A DNA stretch of 64,000 nucleotides from a virus. The position numbers were made by a program, and so were the translations under genes. The DNA is taken from positions 132,541 to 196,540 of the IMG/VR virus record IMGVR_UViG_3300027733_000030. One strand, 5' to 3'. Shown piece by piece: positions 27,433 to 36,887 of the stretch (positions within the stretch are counted from its first letter, which is position 1; each line of letters opens with the position of its first letter). Under the pieces are notes generated by a model. That model was given only the letters and a program-made list of their open reading frames with translations, was not told where the DNA came from and ran no database searches.

Positions 27433-28002
27433 ATGCAATTTAGGTTCAAAAATATAGTCAAGCAATTAAGAGATGATAAGACTACTCTTATCGTTTCTTT
27501 ATGCGTTTTAGGTTTAGTATTAATTACTCTGTTGACATCTTGTGGCAACAAAGTACATAATGCTCAACCACCGTTAACAGTAACTATCACTACAACTCTT
27601 CCAGTTGTTACAACCGTTCCTGTTCCCCAGACTACTTCAGCACCAACTACAACGATGCCTGATTTATCTGGCGTTGACTGGGTTGCTCTCGCAAGAGAAC
27701 AATATGGCAAGTGTGGCGAATGGCACAATCTTGCTATCTCAGTAGGTTGGCCTGAAGAAGAATGGAAACATCTTCAGCAAGTCATCTATCGCGAGAGCAG
27801 ATGTCAAGCTGAAGCTTGGAATGGTTCAGATGGTGGCTTAACCCAAATCAACAGAGTCCACACTCAGTGGCTTTCTGATATGGGTTACAAGTTTCCGGAC
27901 GACATGTTTGACGCAGAGAAGAATCTCACATTCGCATTTCGTTTATGGGAGACTTCTGGATGGAGACCCTGGAAATCTTCAGGATCAACATTTGGTGTTT
28001 GA
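27433..28002 (+). CDS. Lytic transglycosylase (SLT/lysozyme-like) with N-terminal membrane/lipoprotein anchor and Thr/Pro linker
   Basis: ATG at 27433 after AAGGAG; IYRESRC catalytic Glu motif, GLTQIN, GWRPW. Confidence 0.8.
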   Translation: MQFRFKNIVKQLRDDKTTLIVSLCVLGLVLITLLTSCGNKVHNAQPPLTVTITTTLPVVTTVPVPQTTSAPTTTMPDLSGVDWVALAREQYGKCGEWHNLAISVGWPEEEWKHLQQVIYRESRCQAEAWNGSDGGLTQINRVHTQWLSDMGYKFPDDMFDAEKNLTFAFRLWETSGWRPWKSSGSTFGV

Positions 28003-28004
28003 TC

Positions 28005-28511
28005 ATGACTATCAACAAGATAGTTTCAATCATAACAGCAACATTATTGTCTGCTGTTATTCTAATCACCAATACCAATACATCTAATGCCCAAGCCGTA
28101 CAGACTACTAATCCTCCAGTTGACTTGTCTCAAGTTAATTGGACAGAATTAGGTAGACTTATTTATGGTAAATGTGGCGAGTATCACGACCTTGCTATCC
28201 AAGCAGGATGGCCAGAATCTCAGTGGCCTACACTGAGTTATGTCATGCATCGTGAATCTCGCTGTAATACATTATCCTTTAATAAGACAGATCCTAATGG
28301 AGGTAGTCGTGGTCTTATCCAAATCAATGGATTTTGGTGTAAGAAAAGCCGTTGGTCTTCCAAAGGCTGGCTACAAGACAAATCCATTCTCAACACATGT
28401 GACGATCTATTTGATCCACTAACCAACCTGCGTGCAGGATGGGCTATGTGGCAATATAGTCAGGAACATAATCGTTGCGGATGGAGACCATGGGCAACTA
28501 GGTGTAAGTAA
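28005..28511 (+). CDS. Second lytic transglycosylase paralog with signal peptide
   Basis: ATG at 28005; MHRESRC, GLIQIN, GWRPW. Confidence 0.8.
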   Translation: MTINKIVSIITATLLSAVILITNTNTSNAQAVQTTNPPVDLSQVNWTELGRLIYGKCGEYHDLAIQAGWPESQWPTLSYVMHRESRCNTLSFNKTDPNGGSRGLIQINGFWCKKSRWSSKGWLQDKSILNTCDDLFDPLTNLRAGWAMWQYSQEHNRCGWRPWATRCK

Positions 28512-28535
28512 ACCTAAACATAACTCAGTTCATTC

Positions 28536-28580
28536 AAAAAAAGGGGACTGCTCGAGGAAACTCGGGCAGTCCTTTTTTTT
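28536..28580 (+). terminator. Intrinsic terminator (potentially bidirectional)
   Basis: A7-GGACTGCTCGAG-GAAA-CTCGGGCAGTCC-T8. Confidence 0.8.
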
Positions 28581-28643
28581 ATTGTACATACAAAAAAACA
28601 ACTTATTAGTACAAACAAAATATAAATATATTAGGAGGCAATA

Positions 28644-31193
28644 ATGGCAAGTCGAATATATGAGCACAACCTGCGGTTACAAGCTTTGCTTGGTGGACCG
28701 CTTCGTGGTGGTGAATCCTATCAGTTTGGATTCTATGATGCAGGTGTCCTGCGTCAAGCTCTAGATACCGTAGGTTCTGGAGGTTATAAAGTTTGGACTC
28801 TTCCGATTCCTCAGAATCAACAAGAGTTCAACCGTGCGAAAGAACTTGTGAATGATCCTAAAGTGCAGTATGCTCTTGTGGATAAGAACAAGATTGTTTT
28901 CGTAGTTATCGAAGACAGCCCTGGCTGGATGAGTGTTATTGATAAGCTTGGCTATGAAGTTATGTCTGGTCCCAAGACCAATAAAAGACTTAAGTCGCTT
29001 CATCGTCCAACCCTCCTCAATGCTCACTTTACTCATCTCAATATTAAATTCGTGGAACCTACTGAGTTCTCACGTTATAATTTTGTAGATGAAAATGATG
29101 ATTGGGGCGTATCATCAGAATTCCGCAATCCTGAAGTAATCGAAAGATTACTTGATGGCGGTTTCGTTATTAGTCGTAGAATTGTTCAGGAATCTGTAAA
29201 GAATCTACCTACATATAATCCTGATAACTCTACTGATAATCAAGATTATTACTATGATCCTCACATTCGCAAGAATCTTGTGAAAGATCTACTGGATTCA
29301 TCTGTGTTTAATGCTCGCATTATCTTCGCAGATGGATTCATTAAGGGCAATGCATTCGTTGCAGATCTCCCTGACGGTATTGATGTTATTACTTCACGTA
29401 CTAATATCAAGAAGGAAATCCGATATACTGAAGGATTTCGTTTCCTAGCAGAACCTCAAGGACCAAAGTCTCGTGTCATCACCGATGATCAGACTGTTCT
29501 CAACTTTCCTAAACTATTCCGCAAAAGCGACATGACTATGTGGCTCACGGAAGAGTATAAGAAAATGTATGCAGATGCTACTAGTGGTAACTTGTTAACT
29601 AACTGGAAGTATATCTATCAGCGCACTTGGCGTGATAAAGATGATCTCAATGATAACGAAGCACGTGCTCGCATGGCTTATGTTGGTTATCGTTGGACTG
29701 CTGCAGGATTTAAAATTACGGAATCTCCGTGGCTTTTCGAGACTGTAGCTATCTCTCACGCTAAACCACTGCTCGAACGTATTCCAATTCCTTGTTCAGT
29801 CTATGAACAGATTGTTCCGGAATCGCTCGTGCGCATGGCTGGTTATGATGTAGAGGTTGAAGAAGGTACGATTATTCGTATCAATGAACTTGGAGTTCAT
29901 GTCGTCAATGATGTTGACTGGCTTGAGATGTATGAATCTCATGGCGGTCACGATCAAGATGACTTCTTTAAGCTCTTCTATCGTGACATGGAAGGCGGAG
30001 ATAATGATGGCGAGAAAATGGTTATCGCAATCAGATCTCCAAATGGCTATGGCGAGTATACCATGTTCCGTCATGTTGAAGGATCATGGTCTCCGAGCTG
30101 GTATAAAGCTGATGGAACTCAAGTTAAGTTCCCTAAAGTTAATGGTCGCAACTGGCCCAAGCGTCTAAGCGAAGCCATCGCTGCTAAGCAGGTTGTTTAC
30201 TCAGGTTTGCCTTCGGCATCTAAACCAAAAGTAAATCGTTCTGGTCCATATACTCAAGATGATGTTCTTCGTGATATCACTATTGCTATGGCTGGTGGCA
30301 ATGTAGGCGGTTTCGTAAACGCATGCATGGCTCACTCCATGGTGATCGGTAAGCATCGCCCAGTACAACTCTGTTCACTGGAAGATGCTATCGATAAATG
30401 TATTAATCCTGACGATGCTCAGGATGTTATTGCTATCGATAGCGAAGCTAATCTTATGATGCGCGAAGTTATTGAATCAGGTAAACCTATCGATGAATAC
30501 ATCTGGTATGATCGTGGGTTTGCTCGCTTTCTTAAGCGAGATGAAACTGTTGAACTTTATGAAGGTAAAATCTCGCAAGTTATTAACTTGTGTAGTACAT
30601 TTTACAATGAATATGTTCAACAGATTCGTGCTTGGTCTCAAGAAAACGCACGTCCAGTTGACATCATTCACACTTTAGGTAGTCGTATGTATTGCTTTGC
30701 AATTCCAGTACTACGTGATTTCAGAATGAAACTGTTTAACAACAACACCACTGAACAAACTATTAGTAATGGAGTTATCCAGCGCAATAGTTGGGAAAAT
30801 CTCTACCAAAATATTGTAGATATTATCAATTCATATGAACGAATTCAAGATAGATTTGATTTCGTTCTTGCATTGTATTCTGCTACTATCCAAATTCCAA
30901 CTTCGTATGGTAAGGTTACCGATCAAATCGTTATGAATCGATTTGTCTATCCTTATTTGGAAGCAGCTCTACAGTATTATGGTGTAGCTAATATTCCTGT
31001 CTACAACAATACTAGTGGTCAAGTCAAGATTCAGATTATGAAGAATGACGAATGGTATTGGCCGGATAACAATGGTGTTAACCAGCGTTACACTAAGGCT
31101 ATTGACTTTCAGAATGCTCATTCTGAGAATTCTCCAGTAATATTCACTATGCCTCCGGCACGTCCTATGACGTTAACAAAGTCAATTATTTAG
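28644..31193 (+). CDS. Putative single-subunit two-barrel (QDE-1/YonO-like) RNA polymerase, paralog 2
   Basis: LLDGGFVIS, NAR...GFIKGNA, NIKKEIR, GGHDQDD (29943-29963), AIRSP, VGGFVN; AGGAGG RBS. Confidence 0.7.
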   Translation: MASRIYEHNLRLQALLGGPLRGGESYQFGFYDAGVLRQALDTVGSGGYKVWTLPIPQNQQEFNRAKELVNDPKVQYALVDKNKIVFVVIEDSPGWMSVIDKLGYEVMSGPKTNKRLKSLHRPTLLNAHFTHLNIKFVEPTEFSRYNFVDENDDWGVSSEFRNPEVIERLLDGGFVISRRIVQESVKNLPTYNPDNSTDNQDYYYDPHIRKNLVKDLLDSSVFNARIIFADGFIKGNAFVADLPDGIDVITSRTNIKKEIRYTEGFRFLAEPQGPKSRVITDDQTVLNFPKLFRKSDMTMWLTEEYKKMYADATSGNLLTNWKYIYQRTWRDKDDLNDNEARARMAYVGYRWTAAGFKITESPWLFETVAISHAKPLLERIPIPCSVYEQIVPESLVRMAGYDVEVEEGTIIRINELGVHVVNDVDWLEMYESHGGHDQDDFFKLFYRDMEGGDNDGEKMVIAIRSPNGYGEYTMFRHVEGSWSPSWYKADGTQVKFPKVNGRNWPKRLSEAIAAKQVVYSGLPSASKPKVNRSGPYTQDDVLRDITIAMAGGNVGGFVNACMAHSMVIGKHRPVQLCSLEDAIDKCINPDDAQDVIAIDSEANLMMREVIESGKPIDEYIWYDRGFARFLKRDETVELYEGKISQVINLCSTFYNEYVQQIRAWSQENARPVDIIHTLGSRMYCFAIPVLRDFRMKLFNNNTTEQTISNGVIQRNSWENLYQNIVDIINSYERIQDRFDFVLALYSATIQIPTSYGKVTDQIVMNRFVYPYLEAALQYYGVANIPVYNNTSGQVKIQIMKNDEWYWPDNNGVNQRYTKAIDFQNAHSENSPVIFTMPPARPMTLTKSII

Positions 31194-31205
31194 GTTATTC
31201 ACACA

Positions 31206-31256
31206 GATGGGAGTGGCGTCAGCAATGGCGTCACTCCCATCTTTATTTAAGGATAG
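31206..31256 (+). terminator. Terminator hairpin followed by AAGGATAG (R-element-like)
   Basis: GATGGGAGTG.../CACTCCCATC-TTTATTT-AAGGATAG. Confidence 0.7.
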
Positions 31257-31262
31257 ACTCTT

Positions 31263-31739
31263 ATGAACTACAGTCCCCAAGACTTTGAACAAAAAAAACT
31301 CCATGCTTTTAAATATTTATATATTTTTCGCAGAAAACATGAGATTATTGGTGATTTATTATCCCAATGTGACCTAACTAATCCAGAAGATTTTAAAAAT
31401 AAAAAGCCTTTTATTCGCGCACTTGAAAAACTTCAACAGGAAACAGGAATGACTGATGAAGATCTTTCAGAAGCAATTATGATTGGTATGTGGATTGACG
31501 AATATGATCGTATGATCAATATGGATAAAGATGGATTAAAACAGTTCATCGAAGAATATGAATTTGATTTTGATTTACAAATTCCTGATGATCTTCAGAT
31601 AGATCTACAAGAACTATGGACTGACATTTCAAATATGCTAGACGATAAAAAAGAACAACGTAATAAATTCAAGGAAATTATAAATGATAATTTTAACAAT
31701 CAACAAGAATGGCCAGACGGCTTCCCTCCGTACTCGTAA
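31263..31739 (+). CDS. Acidic hypothetical protein
   Basis: 158-aa ORF. Confidence 0.65.
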   Translation: MNYSPQDFEQKKLHAFKYLYIFRRKHEIIGDLLSQCDLTNPEDFKNKKPFIRALEKLQQETGMTDEDLSEAIMIGMWIDEYDRMINMDKDGLKQFIEEYEFDFDLQIPDDLQIDLQELWTDISNMLDDKKEQRNKFKEIINDNFNNQQEWPDGFPPYS

Positions 31740-31948
31740 TAGAGTTAATGATAATGGTCCTGAATTTCAATTCATTGAAAATCTAAATAGACCAGGATCA
31801 ATCTTACTTAAAAGTACAAAAACTAATTGGCTTGGATGGCTTCCAGAAAATGAAATAGTTATCAAATCTCGTAGAGTATCTGAATAACTATTTCAATACA
31901 TGTACACACAAAAATAAAATGTTTTACCTTTATTAAGGAGATAATATA

Positions 31949-32275
31949 ATGTCAGCTCCACTTATGATTAATCATATGGATTTCATGGAAATTTTAAAAA
32001 ACTATGATAGCACTCTTGTTCGCACTTATAGTCAGCCAACCAATAATGGCATTTTTGTCAAGATTGGTAGAACTGCTGGAAAAGCTACCAACTTTTTTAA
32101 GAAGTCTGAAACAAAAGCCTCAGCTTTAATAGCCCACTGGTCTGTAGAGACTCTCATTTTTATTTCAGTATCACTTAGTATATCAGCCGTACCGATGCTC
32201 ATGCTTCTTACCGGATGGTATCTATTTGAAACATACGCTATCTTCTCAGCCATCATAGCATTATCAAAGTACTGA
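31949..32275 (+). CDS. Membrane protein
   Basis: AAGGAG RBS; hydrophobic C-terminal half. Confidence 0.65.
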   Translation: MSAPLMINHMDFMEILKNYDSTLVRTYSQPTNNGIFVKIGRTAGKATNFFKKSETKASALIAHWSVETLIFISVSLSISAVPMLMLLTGWYLFETYAIFSAIIALSKY

Positions 32276-32276
32276 T

Positions 32277-32867
32277 ATGATAGACTACACAGAAATCACT
32301 AAATACTTTAAACCAATTACTACTGAAACCTCTATACTTAAAAGTGTAGTAGAATCTTCAGTAACAAATAATAATACTGTTGATCCACTTGTCGTCTTCT
32401 TTCAAGATGATGACAATAAATCTGCAATTGTTGGATTTTTAAAACCTGATTCTTTAGAAGATACTATTGTTAGATTTTCAGAAGTCATGCATCTATATGG
32501 CGCTATTAATTCTAGTGCCGCTATTGTTGTTATGACAGCAAAAATGGATCATGACAATACTATTTATGAAACATTAAATCTGTTTGCACTCACAGATTCC
32601 AAAGGCTGGGTAATCACCCTGCCTTATCTACTACAAAACAACTTAGTTGTATGGTATGATAATCTATCAGAGATCCTAGATATTGATGACGCTCAATATG
32701 ATGGACCAATGAAAGAAATGATATCCATGTTGTATTTCTTAACGCACTTAGACAATCAAGCCTATACTGCACCAGAAATACTTTCATACTTAAGTACTAC
32801 CGGAGCAACAGTTCATCTTTGCCAAGGTCATGAAATTGGATATTATGATATGTCCAATCAAAGTTAG
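32277..32867 (+). CDS. Hypothetical protein
   Basis: 196-aa ORF, operon-packed. Confidence 0.65.
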   Translation: MIDYTEITKYFKPITTETSILKSVVESSVTNNNTVDPLVVFFQDDDNKSAIVGFLKPDSLEDTIVRFSEVMHLYGAINSSAAIVVMTAKMDHDNTIYETLNLFALTDSKGWVITLPYLLQNNLVVWYDNLSEILDIDDAQYDGPMKEMISMLYFLTHLDNQAYTAPEILSYLSTTGATVHLCQGHEIGYYDMSNQS

Positions 32868-33053
32868 GTAATCTATAATGAATAAAAATAAAAACGACAA
32901 TGATAAAATTGTTCATTCTTATTCAGACGATAAAAATAAATATTATATTAAAGCCTCCGTTCTTAACGAAGATGAATTCGAAGACATGATTAATAAAATG
33001 ATGTCTTCTGAATCATTGTACGGAGAACTTAACTATTTTTAATTAAGGGATTT

Positions 33054-34730
33054 ATGACTATTCAATTAAGACCATATCAACAAGAAGCACTTGATGCAAT
33101 CAATACTTTCTCTGATAAAGGGATTAATCGTCAACTAGTTGTACTCCCTACCGGCGCAGGTAAGACTGTTATCTTTTCACATCTTCCCCAGACAAAAAAT
33201 GACAGTCTACCTATGCTAGTTCTAGCACATCGTGCTGAACTCTTATATCAAGCTAAGGAAAAAATTGGTTGGTCCAATCCTGAGCTTGATATTCAAATCG
33301 AGCAAGCAGACAATGTTGCAGGTCACTGCGATGTTGTCGTTGCTTCAGTCCCAACTTTGGGACGAGCAGAATCAGAACGTATCTTAAAATATCCAAAAGA
33401 TTATTTTAAAAGTATAGTAATTGATGAAGCTCACCATGCTGCTGCTCCAACATATAGGCGTATTCTGGATTACTTTAATCCATCGCTCTTGCTTGGAGTC
33501 ACAGCTACTCCTCAAAGATCTGACAACACTCGCTTGACAGACGTCTTTGATGAGATAGTATACTATAAGACAATACAAGATCTTATCGAGGATGGTTACT
33601 TATGTTCTTTAGTTGGTTATCGAATCAAGACAGAAACAGATATATCTGGAGTTGCAACTAATGAAGGCGATTACGTTGCGTCTCAGTTGGAAGATGCTAT
33701 TGATACCCCTGAGCGTAATGCTCACATTGTTGCTGCTTATCATAGTCTGGTTCCAGAATCCAAAGCAATTGTATTCTGCGCGGGTGTCAAACACGCGAAC
33801 AACTTGGCCTCATCCTTTAGCGCAACGCAAGTATCGACTGAAGTAATTTTAGGCGATACTTCAGCTCAAGATCGCGAGCATATTCTTGCTCGCTTTAAAT
33901 CTGGTGAAACCAGAGTTCTAGTTAATGTTGGTGTTCTCACCGAAGGCTTTGATGAACCCAGCATTCAATCTATTATTCTAGCTAGACCAACTAGATCTAC
34001 TCTATTGTATACTCAAATTGTTGGTCGAGGTACTAGACTTTACGAAGGAAAGCCGCATTGTACTATTCTAGACTTTGTAGATACCACAAAAGGAAAGAAG
34101 CCTATTGGCCTTCCTTCTCTTTTAGGTCTGCCTCCCGAATTCGATTTACAGGGACAAGACCTTATTGAGGTAGCTAAAAAATATAAGGAGCTCGAGGACT
34201 ATTGTCCAGGCGAAGCCGTTCGTGTATTAGACCCTAATGATATAGAGTTAGCTTACAAGAGAATTAATCTCTTCATGCCACCCCCTCCAAATGAATTTGT
34301 TCAACAATATTCTAGGTATGTATGGGCAGAAGTCGCTGAAAACGACTTCCATCTTGGCATCGATAATAATAATTCTTTAAGAATTTATGTTGATGCTCTT
34401 GGTAGATGGCTAGTTGAGTTTCGTTATCGTTCACAAACTAAAAATGAAACACACATTCTAGGTTATCCTGAAGATATGCGTGAATCTTTTGTTCGCGCAG
34501 ATCGTTGGATAACAAATAACTTTGATAGTAAGTTAATAGAATCAGACGCCGCATGGCGATCTGATGGACCATCTGATGCTCAAAGAAAACTATTAAAGCG
34601 TATCGGTGTACCTGTTACTTCTGATATGACCAAAGGAACTGCTAGTCAAATCATTAGCAAATACTACGAAGCTAATCCTAGACCAGCGTGGTTAGATAAC
34701 AAGGTCAAACGATCACGTAATAAATGGTAA
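33054..34730 (+). CDS. SF2 DExH-box helicase (Irc3/RadD/Res-like)
   Basis: LPTGAGKT, AHR, DEAHH, GVTATP, LTEGFD, QIVGRGTR. Confidence 0.92.
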   Translation: MTIQLRPYQQEALDAINTFSDKGINRQLVVLPTGAGKTVIFSHLPQTKNDSLPMLVLAHRAELLYQAKEKIGWSNPELDIQIEQADNVAGHCDVVVASVPTLGRAESERILKYPKDYFKSIVIDEAHHAAAPTYRRILDYFNPSLLLGVTATPQRSDNTRLTDVFDEIVYYKTIQDLIEDGYLCSLVGYRIKTETDISGVATNEGDYVASQLEDAIDTPERNAHIVAAYHSLVPESKAIVFCAGVKHANNLASSFSATQVSTEVILGDTSAQDREHILARFKSGETRVLVNVGVLTEGFDEPSIQSIILARPTRSTLLYTQIVGRGTRLYEGKPHCTILDFVDTTKGKKPIGLPSLLGLPPEFDLQGQDLIEVAKKYKELEDYCPGEAVRVLDPNDIELAYKRINLFMPPPPNEFVQQYSRYVWAEVAENDFHLGIDNNNSLRIYVDALGRWLVEFRYRSQTKNETHILGYPEDMRESFVRADRWITNNFDSKLIESDAAWRSDGPSDAQRKLLKRIGVPVTSDMTKGTASQIISKYYEANPRPAWLDNKVKRSRNKW

Positions 34731-34744
34731 TCTGATATAATAGA

Positions 34745-35188
34745 GTGTACATGATTCATCCTGTTATTACTCCAGAATATTATAAAAAATATCCATTGCA
34801 ACCTAATGAGGTTGTTAAAGCTTTATACCTACCTTGTGATAAAAATGGTTCTCCCCAAATTGTCACTGACACACCTGCTAATGCTATTGCATTATTTTTT
34901 CCGGATCTTAAACCTAAATGTTTATTTTTTAAAAATATGTTTCATATCTATGTTGATCCTTATATGCAGTGGTCTAAGCGACATGTTAATTATCATATAA
35001 CTTTTTATTTAAGAAACTGTTATAGAAATAATTATGGAAAAGAATCTTTTGATTCTATTACCGGAGACGTCCTTGTTTTCGGTACACTTAATTTAGTCAC
35101 CAATAAAATAGATGCCAAAGACCATTCTGTCCCATACCATATTGTAGAAGAAATACTAAAAGTTCATGACATTAAATCAAATTCCTAA
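34745..35188 (+). CDS. Hypothetical protein
   Basis: 147-aa ORF (ATG alternative at 34751). Confidence 0.55.
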   Translation: MYMIHPVITPEYYKKYPLQPNEVVKALYLPCDKNGSPQIVTDTPANAIALFFPDLKPKCLFFKNMFHIYVDPYMQWSKRHVNYHITFYLRNCYRNNYGKESFDSITGDVLVFGTLNLVTNKIDAKDHSVPYHIVEEILKVHDIKSNS

Positions 35189-35386
35189 GAGATATATACC
35201 TCGTAAGAAGAACTGTTCTGATTGTGATTTAGTGTCTAAAGAAATATATTTTTCAAATAGATTTCAAGTTAATTTATGTTTACAATGTTTAAAGATTAGA
35301 TTATTAAATCAATTAAAAAATAATAGTTAAAACAAAAACATGGCAAAGGGGGTAAATCAACTAACAACAAATTAAAGGATAAAAAT

Positions 35387-35638
35387 ATGTCAGTAGCTAT
35401 CGCTATCGGAAACGATGTTCAGGATATTAACAACATTCAGAACACCATATCTATACTTAAGTTTGTTCAGTCTATTGGATCTGAACAAACTATTTCCACT
35501 ACAGAAAGTTCTTCTTCGTTTGAGACTTTGGAGTCACAAGATATCGACAATCTCATTGACTGGTACACAGGCATTGTCAATATACTTGTAGATCCTAGTC
35601 TCTTTTCATATGAGGAATCTAATTCCAATATGATCTAA
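35387..35638 (+). CDS. Hypothetical protein
   Basis: AAAGGA RBS. Confidence 0.6.
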   Translation: MSVAIAIGNDVQDINNIQNTISILKFVQSIGSEQTISTTESSSSFETLESQDIDNLIDWYTGIVNILVDPSLFSYEESNSNMI

Positions 35639-35652
35639 TATCTATCCATCAA

Positions 35653-35738
35653 GCCCAGGTGGCGGAATAGGCAGACGCGGGGGGCTTAAACCCCCCTTCC
35701 TTACCAAAGGAGTATGGGTTCAAGTCCCATCTTGGGCA
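35653..35738 (+). tRNA. tRNA-Leu(TAA)
   Basis: Class II with long variable arm; loop CT-TAA-AC. Confidence 0.9.
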
Positions 35739-35741
35739 CTA

Positions 35742-35784
35742 GGATGACCCAGAGTGTTTACCCCTTTCTGACTCTGGGTCATCC
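35742..35784. repeat. Perfect 14-bp inverted repeat between two tRNAs
   Basis: GGATGACCCAGAGT / ACTCTGGGTCATCC. Confidence 0.8.
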
Positions 35785-35788
35785 GTCC

Positions 35789-35865
35789 GCCTCTTTAGCT
35801 CAGCTGGTTAGAGCAGCGGACTTTTAATCCGTTGGTCCAGGGTTCGAATCCCTGAGGAGGCACCA
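35789..35865 (+). tRNA. tRNA-Lys(TTT)
   Basis: Cloverleaf; loop CT-TTT-AA; encoded CCA. Confidence 0.95.
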
Positions 35866-36026
35866 TGAACAAAGTAACTATTAAACTTGTTACCGATTTA
35901 GTTGATAAAGCTCTTAATGAAATTTCAGGTAGAGAGATTGTCTCTACCGCAGAAATGACAGATTTACTACTAGATATTAGATTACATATTATGATGGATG
36001 AAGAAATGACTTCGCCTTCATATTAG
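35865..36026 (+). CDS. Small hypothetical protein (53 aa); ATG shares its A with the tRNA CCA
   Basis: MNKVTIKLVTDLVDKALNEISGREIVSTAEMTDLLLDIRL... Confidence 0.5.
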   Translation: MNKVTIKLVTDLVDKALNEISGREIVSTAEMTDLLLDIRLHIMMDEEMTSPSY

Positions 36027-36186
36027 GTCTCATATGTTTCTCTCGGATTAGTATGACTATGACAGGATATAACTTGTTATGTCAACGATCTGGAATAGGC
36101 ATTAGGGTAATGCTTTAATATCACCCGTTATTTTTGCCCACAAAGAACTCGCATAGCGATCCGAGTCGCACTATATTGGAGTAAAT

Positions 36187-36510
36187 ATGATTTATATTAT
36201 TGTATTGTTACTTTCAGTTGTATGCTTTCAAACATACAAAATAAAAAAAATAAACATAGAACCTCAAATTGAGCAGCCTGATTATCAGATGATCATTGTA
36301 CACACGCGCGCAACAGATCGTGTATTTTTCGGTCCATTTAAAAACATGACAGAAATAAAACATTGGTACAGTACCAACCCAGAAGCAGACAAAGTCTATC
36401 CTTCAACTCAAGTTCTTGTTTCGCCTCACGCTAATCCAGATGAGTGGTGGTATATTCCATTAGAGCATCCTGAATCTTTGACTGAATCTCAGTTAGCTAT
36501 TTTCCAATAG
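36187..36510 (+). CDS. Protein with N-terminal membrane anchor
   Basis: GGAG RBS. Confidence 0.6.
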   Translation: MIYIIVLLLSVVCFQTYKIKKINIEPQIEQPDYQMIIVHTRATDRVFFGPFKNMTEIKHWYSTNPEADKVYPSTQVLVSPHANPDEWWYIPLEHPESLTESQLAIFQ

Positions 36511-36570
36511 TTCTTTAGGATTAATTACATACAGAGATATGAAATCCAAACCATTTTCATAAGGAGCATT

Positions 36571-36753
36571 ATGTCATCTGATTCTAATTTCACCAAAGAG
36601 GAAGCTATCATTATTGCTGAAGTTCAAGAAATACTGCAGAACATTAGCAACGCTTTAAATAGATTTCCTCCCCATGTAAGACAACATCTTTTATCTAATA
36701 TTAAAACATTTGATCAAGAATCACAATCTTTAAATGATCTTTTAGATTCATAG
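36571..36753 (+). CDS. Small hypothetical protein
   Basis: AAGGAG RBS. Confidence 0.55.
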   Translation: MSSDSNFTKEEAIIIAEVQEILQNISNALNRFPPHVRQHLLSNIKTFDQESQSLNDLLDS

Positions 36754-36887
36754 AACTAGGGCAGAGGTAGGTTTGGAAGAGACCTCCATGCAGTAGCTAA
36801 CGTCAAGTGAAGTGGCCCTACTAAGACGTGACAGTCGGAGAGACGACATCGGGGCGTTAGCTCAGTTGGTTAGAGCAAGGCACTCAT

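Noticed and set aside
36757-36847. HDV-like (theta) or pistol ribozyme
   Set aside because: No P3/L3 or P1.1/P4 in the required order, it lies 5' rather than 3' of the tRNA, and the resemblance to pistol is only the TAGGGC/GCCCTA helix
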